A stretch of DNA of 64,000 bases, from assembly GCA_014905635.1 (NCBI GenBank), contig JABVCE010000012.1, positions 1,116,001 to 1,180,000 of the forward strand, written 5' to 3'. Below are positions 55,811-64,000 of this stretch, piece after piece. Under the pieces are notes generated by a model. It saw only the letters and a list, made by a program, of their open reading frames with translations, did no database searches and was not told where the DNA came from. The DNA is from Scenedesmus sp. PABB004. Its lineage: Eukaryota. Each line of letters begins with the position of its first letter. Within the stretch, counting starts at the first letter, position 1. The position numbers and the translations under genes were made by a program.

Positions 55811-57736
55811 CCGGTGGCGCATGCGCCGGGGGCCCGCGTGGCGGCGCCCCTGCACTGCACAATAAGAATTCTGCTGCCAGCATCAGGCAGCTCGGCTATT
55901 ACTTGCTCGCAGTCACCACGGTCACTCCACCACCCTCACTCCCACCACCCTCGCTCCCGCACATGTTGCATGTTGCGCTGCCGCGGCAGCTCGCGCGCGT
56001 CACCCGACTCCACCCGGCACTGCCGGCGCCACGCGCGCCGCCTGGGGGGTTCTGTGCGGCGCGAGGAGGCGCCTTTGGACGTCCGTTTTCGCGGCTGTCA
56101 GATCGCACTGGACCCGCCAAACTCACGGCGGGTCGATCCGTGGCCGGTCGGTGTTGGTTGGTTTTGTTGTTTGGTGCGTTTGCGGCGGCGGCGCCGCTGC
56201 AACGAGCCGAGCGCGGTGCGCGGCATCGCTGTGGGCAGCCGGCATGGCGCGGCCCTAGAGTTGCTGCGCGCGCGCAGCTCCCGGCACTGCAGGACGCTGC
56301 ACTTGCCATTCATTGCCCCCCGCGGCACTGCTACCTACGCATCACTGCACTCTGTTCAAGGTCCAACGCATGCGCACTCGCCCCGCGCGCAGCCGCCCCG
56401 CTGCCGCTGCGGCGCTGCGCCCCGTCGCGCCGCCGCGGCTGACGCCCCCGCCGCACCGCAGCAGGGCGCGCCCGGCGCGGCGCTGACGCACTGTGTGTGT
56501 GCTGGCAGCACTGCGTTTGGAGCGAGAGCCCTGCCAGTCTTATTGGCGGCAGCTTGCCTGACGGCGCGCTGCCGCCTGTGGCGCCGCACGCGCGTGCGCT
56601 CGCGCGCCACGCGTGAGGCGCCTGGAATCAAACGCGCCCCTCGCGCTGATCTTTGTCCTTGTGCACGCAAGGATTTAAGTTTTAAGTTTGTTGGCGGCAA
56701 CCAGCACCCAGCACCGGAACCAGCGTGGAGGCCAGTGGGTCGGCAGCAGAGCTGCAGCTTGGCGCCTGGCGCCGCGGAGCGTTTCCAACTTACCGGCTGC
56801 AGCAGCGGCCGGTCCACTTGCCCCTTGTGCAGCACTCGGTGTGTGTTGATGATGGTCGTGTGAGTGCGTGTTGTTTGGCGTGTCGGACACTCGAACCCCA
56901 ACGTGCGTGTGGGCCCAAGCCTGGGGCACCTGCCCACCGTCCAACTGGAGGCGCCCCGCAATGCGAACCGGCTCCAACGAGCGGGGGCCCACGGGGGCGC
57001 CCCGCTCACGCCGCCGCCACGGCCATTGACGACGACACGACGACGACGACGACGCTTGCACCAGCCGGGCCCCGGCTGCGTGGTTGGTTGGTTGCGTGTG
57101 CATGCTCGCGCCTCGGGCGGCGCACGCCCTCGCACCGCAGGCCGCGCGCTTCTGACGCCGCCTGGAGCCGTGCTCGGACCGCACTGCCGCGGCTCTGACC
57201 GGCCGCGCGTTGCGCCGTGCTGCGGTGCTGCGGTGCGGGCGCCGCCCCTTTGGGGAGGTAGGATATGGGCGGGTGGGGGGCGGGGGTGTAGGGAGGTAGG
57301 GGCGGCAGTCGCACGCGGCGGCCGCCCGTGCTTGGGGCGGCGCGATGATCGGGCGTCACGCGCCCGGCTGGTCCTGATCGGCGGCGCGCGCTTTGTGACC
57401 AAGGCGTAGTCTCTCTCTTTCGTGTACGTACGTAGGCGGGGGGCGGGGGGGGGGAGGGAGGCAAGCACCGGGCAAGGCTTTGCGCGGCCCGCGCCCGCGC
57501 TCGAAGCCAGACCGCCGCCGCTTGCGCCGCCGCTTTGGCGCGCCGCTTTGGCCCGCCCCGCCGCGTAGAGTCCGCAACTCCGCGCCCCGAATCGCCAGCC
57601 CACCACCCGCCCGCACGGCAGCGACCCTCGCTCTCGCAGGCGCCGGCAGCACCGCGGGCTGCGCGCAGCCGCTCGCGTCCTGGCGTAGCGGGGCTCCATG
57701 CCGTCGCTGGCGTAGCCCGTCCGCGCCGCGCCGGCG

Positions 57737-60253
57737 ATGGCGGCCAAGCACCGCCGCTGGCCGCTCTGGGCGGGCGCTGCAGCGGTCGCGGCCTGCGCGC
57801 TGCTGCTGCGCAGCGAGGGGGGCGCCGGCGGCCTGGAGCGCCTGGAGCGCCTGACCCCGCTCCTGGCGGAGCGCGTGGGGCGGCCCAAGATCGCGGCGCT
57901 GCGGGCGGGCGCCCAGGAGGTGTGGGACATCATCGGCCCCGGCGGCCGCCTCCACCCAGGCTGGTTCCTGGAGCACAAGGGCCACCTGGTGATCGAGGGC
58001 CTGCTCATGGTCATCATCGCGGTCATGCTGCTGCAGAGCCGCTTCTACCCGCGCGCCACGGAGGACGAGGACGGCCTCACCGAGCAGGCGCGCCGCCGCC
58101 GCTGCCCGGAGCGCCGCCGCCGGCGCCGGCGGCAGGCGCCGCCGCCGGCGCCGCCCGCCGCCGCTCCCGCTCCCGCGCGCCGAGCGCAGCGCCGCGGCCG
58201 CGGCCGCGCCGCGCGCAGGAGATTGACGCGCTGTGCCGCGAGTGGGAGCCCGTGCCGCTCGCGCCGGATGTGGATGAGGAGGACCAGCGCCCCGACCCGC
58301 CCGTGGTGCAGAGGTGCGCGCGCGCCGGCCGGCGCCGGCCCCCGAGCGCCGGCGGCAGCCACGCGGGCCGCGCGGCCGCGGCGCCCGCGGCCGCCCGAGC
58401 CGCGCGGCCGCGCGCCGCCGCCGCCCGCGCCGGCGCAGCCGCGACGGCTCGGCCTTCCGCGTGACTGTCAATGGCAAGCCCGCGCTCAACCTGGCGTGCG
58501 CCGACTTTTTGGGCCTCGGCGATGACCCCGACGTGCAGGCGCGCCGCGCCGCGCCGCGCGGGCGGTGGGCGGCGGCGGGACGGCGCGCCAGGCCGGCGCC
58601 GCGGCGCCGCGCGCGACCGCGCCGCCCGCGCGCGCCCCGCAGGCGCGCGCGCGCGCGACGGTCGAGCGCTACGGCGTCGGCTCGTGCGGGCCGCGGGGGT
58701 TTTACGGCACGTTTGATGTGCACCTCGATCTCGAGCGCGCGCTGGCGGAGCACATGGGCCAGGAGGAGGGTATCATATACAGGTGCGCGGCGGCGGCGGG
58801 GCGCCAAAGCTAGCAGCAGGGTTTGGGGATTGCTCTGGGCGGCGCGGCGTGGCGCGCGCGCCGCGGGGCGCAGGCGCTGCGCGGCCGCCGACCACGGGGC
58901 CGGAAGCAGCGCCGACGCGCCGCCGCCGCCGCCGCCGCCGGCGCCGCCGCAGCTACGACATCAGCACCATCGCCAGCGTGATCCCCGCGTTTGCGAGCCG
59001 CGCCGACGTGCTGGTCCTGGACGAGGGCGTGTCGTACCCGGTGCAGCAGGGCGCGAAGCTCAGCCGCGCGCGGCTGCACTGGTTCAAGCACAACGACATG
59101 CAGGACCTGGAGGCGGTGCTCAAGCGGATAGAGGCGCAGCAGCGGCGCGAGCGGTGCGCGCGCGCGGCGGCGCCGGCGCCGCGGCGGCAGCGGCGGCGGC
59201 GCCGGCCGCCCCGCGGCCAGGCCGCCCACGCCCGCCGCGGCCGCTGCGCCCGCGGCCGCGTCGCAGCGCGCCGCTCGTGCGCAAGATGATCGTCGTGGAG
59301 GGCGTGTATGCCAACAGCGGCGACGCCGCGCCGCTGCGCGCGCTGTACGAGCTCAAGGAGGCGTACCGGTACAGGTGCGGCAGCAGCAGCAGCAGCGGCG
59401 GCGCGGCGGGGGTGCCAGCTCTGCGCGGCGCGGCGGCAGCGTCGGCAGCAGCGCCGCGAGCGCCGCCCGGCCCCGCCCGCGGCGCCACAGGCTGTGCGTG
59501 GAGGAGAGCCACGCGTTTGGCGTGCTCGGCCCCAACGGCCGCGGCGCGTGCGAGGCGGCGGGCCTGCAGCCGGGGCAGGTGCGCGGCAGCCGGCGGCGGC
59601 GCGGGCCGTGCGGCGCCGCCGGCCCCGCGACGCGGCGGCGCGCCCACGCACGCTCCCCCGCGCAGGTCGAGGTGTTGGTCGCGTCGATGGGCACCGCGCT
59701 CGCCTCTGTGGGCGGCTTTTGCGTGGGCCACCACGAGGTCTGCGACCACCAGCGCCTCTGCGGGCAGGGCTACTGCTTCTCAGCCTCCCTCCCGCCCTAT
59801 CTGGCGACCGCGGCGCACGCGGCGCTCGAGACGCTCGGCAGCGCCAAGGGGCAGGCCCTCGCGGCGCAGGTGCGCCGCGCGGCGGCGTCGCTGCGCGAGG
59901 CGCTCGCGGACGTGCCGGGCCTGGTCATCCCCGGCGGCGGCGCCGCGGCCGCCGCCGCCGACGGCGGCGCGAGCGCGCAGTCGCCCGTCCTGCACCTGCA
60001 GCTCGCGCCGGCGCGCGCGGCCGCAGCGGGCGGGCGGCGCGCGGCCGACGCGCTGCTGCAGCGCGTCGCCGACCGGCTGCTGGAGAGGCACGGCCTGCTC
60101 GTCGCGGTGCCGCGCTACAGCGTGCTGGACCGCGTACTGCCGCCGCCGAGTATCAAGATCTACGTCCACGCTGGCCTGCCGCCGGAGGACGTGCCGCGCG
60201 TCGCGGCTGCGATCCGCGAGGCCGCGGGCGCCGTGCTCGGCGCGCGGCGCTAG
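57737..60253 (+). CDS. LCB1: Serine palmitoyltransferase subunit LCB1, multi-exon
   Basis: [87 protein letters not shown]. Confidence 0.93.
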
Positions 60254-60599
60254 GGTTGGGGCGGCGGCGCGCGTGCGCCGCCGCGCCCGCCCTCGCGCGC
60301 GGCGGCCCCCGCGCTCGGGCGCGGCACCCCGACGCGGCCGCGCGATTGCGCGCCGCGATGCAACATGGTTTCGCCGCCGCGCTCGCCGCCGCTCTCGCCC
60401 GGGCGAGCCCTGACCTCGCACGAGGGCGTTGCGCTTTAGCCGCGCTTCAGCGTTGTGCCGCTGCGCCTGCCGTGGGTGGTGGTCTGCGCCGCGCGCGGCA
60501 GTCGCGCCGCACAGTCCTCACCGCACACGCACACGTCGTCGCCGCCACACACGCGCGCCGCACACGCACGCAGCCGCCGCCGCAGCAGCGCCGCCCGCG

Positions 60600-61263
60600 A
60601 TGGGCAAGACCCGGGGGCACGGCTCTCGCCGCGGCGCCTATCGAGGCCGGGGCGGTGGCGGCCGGGGCGGCGGCCGCGGCGAGGAGTCGGGCAGCGAGAG
60701 CGAGGAGGAGCTGGTGCCGCAGCAGCGCGGACTGGGTGCGTTTGTCGCCCGCCGCCGCTGCAGCCGGGGCCCCGCAGCATCTCCCGGCGCGCGCCGCGCG
60801 CTACCGGCGATGCGGACAGGGCGGTGGCGCGGCGCCGCGCCGGCTGGGCGCGCGGGCGCGGCTGTTTGGGGGCGGCAGCCGATCATCAGCAGCCTTGGGG
60901 CCTGCCCGCCCGCCCAGGCCCCCCGACACCGCCGCCCCGACACCGCCGCCCCGCTCTGTCCGGCTTGCAGGCGGGCAGGGCAGCAACGTGGGCATGCTGC
61001 CGCCCAGCGACAGCGACAGCGACGAGGGCGGCGGCGCTGCGGTGGAGAAGAAGGCCAAGGCCAAGGCCGGGCAGAGCAAGAACGCGGGCAAGCTGCCGCC
61101 CAGCGACAGCGGCGACGAGGACGAGGACAGCGACGAGGGGAGCGACAGCAGCAGCGAGGAGCCCCTCAACGAGTACCTCAGCGCATCGGCGCCGCGCAAG
61201 AAGTGCGTCTGCGCCGCCCGCCCGCCGCCGCTGGCGCTGCTGCTGCTGGCCGTCAGACCCGAT

Positions 61264-61310
<47 letters not shown>

Positions 61311-61767
61311 GCGCCCGCCGCCGCGCCCGCACGCCCCGCGCGGGGGCCGACCGCCGCGCCCGCCGCCGCGCCCGCCGCCGCGGCCGCGGCGCGCAGGAAG
61401 GCGGCCGAGGAGGAGGCGCCCGACCCGGAGCAGATCGCCAAGGACCTGGAGCGGCTGGAGATGATCAAGAAGAAGCGGTGAGGCGCTGCTGCCACGGGCG
61501 GCAGCACGGGCGGCAGCGCAGCGAGCCCGGCAGCGCAGTGACGCGGCAGCGCCGGCGGCAGCGAGGCCGGCAGCGAGGCCGGCAGCGACGAGCGTAGCGT
61601 GCACGGCAGCAAGGAGGGCAGCGCGGGCGGCAGCGCGCGGCGCCTGCGCCGGGGCGTGCCGCCCACGCCGCTGCCGCCGCCGCCGCAGCGAGGACGATCG
61701 GCTGAAGCGCATCGCTGAGGAGGGCTGGGACCGGTTTGCGCCGCCCTCGGAAACAAACAAGCCGTGA
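60600..61767 (+). CDS. PDAP1/PP28-like heat- and acid-stable phosphoprotein, multi-exon
   Basis: RGG-rich start, acidic SDSD tracts, EQIAKDLERLEMIKKKREDDRLKR; TGTAA at 61973-61977. Confidence 0.6.
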
Positions 61768-62200
61768 GCGGGGGTCGCTTGGCGCGCCGCGCGGGCCTGC
61801 CGGCAGCGGCCCGGCGCCGCCGCGCCGCCGGCAGCGGCCGACCGACCCGCCTGCCCGCCGCCGCCGCCGCGCGCAGGCCTGGGAGCGTGCCGACGGACCA
61901 CCCGAGCCTGGCGTGAGGCGTGCGGCCTGCGGCCTGTGGCCTGAATTCATCCCCGCCGGCAGCGGCGGGCCCTGTAACAATAGCGCCCCGGCGATGTCCG
62001 GCTGGGTGTGAGGCTCGGGAGCCGCCGCGGTCACCAATTACTCTCTGCGGGTCACGCTCCGGCGCCGCTGCCGCTGCCGTTCACGAGAATGAGGCCGCCC
62101 GCGCCGCCAGTCTGGGCCTCCGCGACGGCATCCCGCATGGTGTGACCCGGGGGTCGCCCACCGCGCAGCAGGGGCGCCGTGCGGCCGCGCACGCGTTGAC

Positions 62201-64000
62201 ATGGCGGCGGCGACCTGGGCGGCCGCCTCGCTCCGCAGCGCCCTGCTGGCGCTCCTGGACGCGCTGCTGGCGCTGGCGGGGCTCGCGCGGGTTGCCCGCT
62301 CGCCGCACGGAGCGCGGCAGGCTGGCGTGGCAGCAGCGCCGCCGCCCGCTGCTGCCGGGCCCGCGCCGCCGCCGCCCGCGCGCTTCTGGCTCAGCGCCGC
62401 CGAGGAGGCAGACCTGAAGTCTCAGGCGACGCAGTTCGCGGCCGGCTGGCGGGCGCGGGGCTACGGCTACGGCGGGCGGCTGCACGCGCTGCGGGCGCGC
62501 GCCTTCCCGCAGCTCGCCGCCGCGACCTACCTGGACCACGCCGCCGCGCCGCCCTTCTCCACCGAGCAGCTGTGCCGCGCGACGGAGGAGCTGGCGGGCG
62601 GGCTGTTTGGCAACCCGCACAGCCAGCTCGGCGGCCTGGACGGCACGCCCGCGGCGGTGGCGCAGCTGCGCCTGCTCACGCTGCGCATGCTGAACGCGGC
62701 GCCTGAGGAGTACGAGGTCGGCGGTGCTGGCGGCGAGGGATGGGGGGGAGGGGGGGAAGAGGGCGGCGGCGGCCGCGCCGCGTCTGGGGCCGAGCCCAGC
62801 CCGGCGCCGCGCGCCGCGCAGGTCGTGCTCACCTCTGGCGCGACCGCGGCGCTCAAGCTCGCGGGCGAGTGCTTCCCGTGGACGCGCGGCGCGAGCGTGT
62901 GCGCGCACGCGGCCGCGCTCCACAACAGCGCGCTCGGCGTGCGCGAGCTCGCGGCGGCGGCGGGCGCGCGCGTGGCGCCGCTCAACCTGGAGCAGCTGCT
63001 GCCAGCGGGCGCGGCGCCGCAGGCGGCGCAGGCGCAGCAGGAGCAGGCGCAGCAGGCGCAGCAGGCGCAGCGGGCGCAGCAGCAGGCGGGTGGGGACGGC
63101 GGCGAGGTGCACTCGCTGCTCGTCCTGCCGGCAGAGTGCAACTTCAGCGGCGCGCGGCACGACACGCGCGCGCTGCTGCGGGCCTGGCTCGCGCAGCAGG
63201 GCCGGCAGCAGGAGCGGCAGCAGGAGCAGCAGCAGCAGCAGGGGGAGCAGCAGGAGCAGCAACAGGAGGGGCAGCAGCAGGAGCGGCATCAGCAGGGGCA
63301 GCATCAGGGGCAGCGCTGGTGGCTGCTGGTGGACGCCGCAAAGGCGTGCGCCAGCCACCCGCCAGACTGCTCAGGCCCGGACGGGCCCGACCTGGTCGCC
63401 CTCAGCTTCTACAAGATATTTGGCCACCCCACGGGTAGGCGCGCCGGGGCGGGCGCCAGGCCGCCAGCGCCGCCGCCTCGCGAGCTTGCGGGCGCGCGCC
63501 GCGCCCGCGCTGCGCCACCACCGCGACGCCCGGCGCCGCCACGCCGCGCAGGCCTGGGTGCGCTGCTCGTGCGGCGGCGCCTGCTGCCGCTGCTGGCGCA
63601 GCAGAAGGCCTACTTTGGCGGCGGCACCGTGGAGGTGGCCCTGCCGACGCGGCGGCACGTCGTCAGGTCAGGGCCGCGCCTGCGGCGGCGCAGCATGAGC
63701 AGGAGCAGCGCCGGCTCTGCCCGCCCGCGCGCGCGCAGCACCGACGCCCGCCCGCCGTGCCGCCGCAGGCGCCCGGGTGCGGCAGGGCTGGAGGACGGCA
63801 CGCTGCCCTTCACAGCCATTGCCGCGGCGCGGCACGGCTTTGCGCACCTGCTGTCCCTGGCTAATGGTGCCGCCGCGCCCGTCAGCGCAGCATGCGGCGG
63901 CGGCGGCGGCGGCGGCGTGCCCGTGCCGCCAGCGGTGGGCGCAGCGCTCGCCGCCGACGCGGCGGCGCTGCGGGGCGCGTTTGACGCCGCCGACCGGCAC
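62201..64000 (+). CDS. Molybdenum cofactor sulfurase (ABA3/MOCOS-like), 5' part; continues beyond the window
   Basis: GYGYGG, YLDHAAA, FGNPHS, TSGATAALKLAGECFPW, HNSALGVRE, PAECNFSG, VDAAK, SFYKIFGHPTGLG, YFGGGTV, EDGTLPF. Confidence 0.9.
   Translation, partial: MAAATWAAASLRSALLALLDALLALAGLARVARSPHGARQAGVAAAPPPAAAGPAPPPPARFWLSAAEEADLKSQATQFAAGWRARGYGYGGRLHALRARAFPQLAAATYLDHAAAPPFSTEQLCRATEELAGGLFGNPHSQLGGLDGTPAAVAQLRLLTLRMLNAAPEEYEVGGAGGEGWGGGGEEGGGGRAASGAEPSPAPRAAQVVLTSGATAALKLAGECFPWTRGASVCAHAAALHNSALGVRELAAAAGARVAPLNLEQLLPAGAAPQAAQAQQEQAQQAQQAQRAQQQAGGDGGEVHSLLVLPAECNFSGARHDTRALLRAWLAQQGRQQERQQEQQQQQGEQQEQQQEGQQQERHQQGQHQGQRWWLLVDAAKACASHPPDCSGPDGPDLVALSFYKIFGHPTGRRAGAGARPPAPPPRELAGARRARAAPPPRRPAPPRRAGLGALLVRRRLLPLLAQQKAYFGGGTVEVALPTRRHVVRSGPRLRRRSMSRSSAGSARPRARSTDARPPCRRRRPGAAGLEDGTLPFTAIAAARHGFAHLLSLANGAAAPVSAACGGGGGGGVPVPPAVGAALAADAAALRGAFDAADRH

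Noticed and set aside
55860..57700. Possible gene or element in the lower-GC intergenic stretch
   Set aside because: No coding motif, terminal repeat or RNA structure that I could support.

Overview
Very GC-rich, intron-dense eukaryotic DNA. The LHCBM gene, TGTAA poly(A) signals and frequent GC-AG introns suggest a chlorophyte green alga, possibly Selenastraceae-like (inference). Most of the window (11.9-64 kb) holds ordinary spliced genes: MYND protein, PflX-like radical SAM, ceramide synthase, USP10/UBP24-like protease, LHCBM, NDUFA12, D-lactate dehydrogenase, GH2 beta-mannosidase, DPH7, alpha-amylase, O-methyltransferase, bZIP, LCB1, PDAP1-like protein and Moco sulfurase. The main finding is at 563-5929. 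A nuclear tRNA-Val(AAC) gene is split in its anticodon arm by a ~5.3 kb insert bounded by a 6-bp direct core (AACGAG). The insert encodes a protein with two serine-recombinase (resolvase-like) domains, a divergent intron-containing gene with two AP2-like repeats, and its own complete tRNA-Val with a recoded anticodon arm (GAC) that lacks the target site. This looks like a tRNA-targeting, self-complementing serine-recombinase integrative element in a eukaryotic nucleus. An L1/Tx1-type LINE with stacked putative 3'-end fragments lies just upstream of the same tRNA. A predicted ~1,500-aa protein ending in a histone H2A fold lies at 46.3-51.6 kb. Exon structures were read by eye and are approximate, and no database searches were run.
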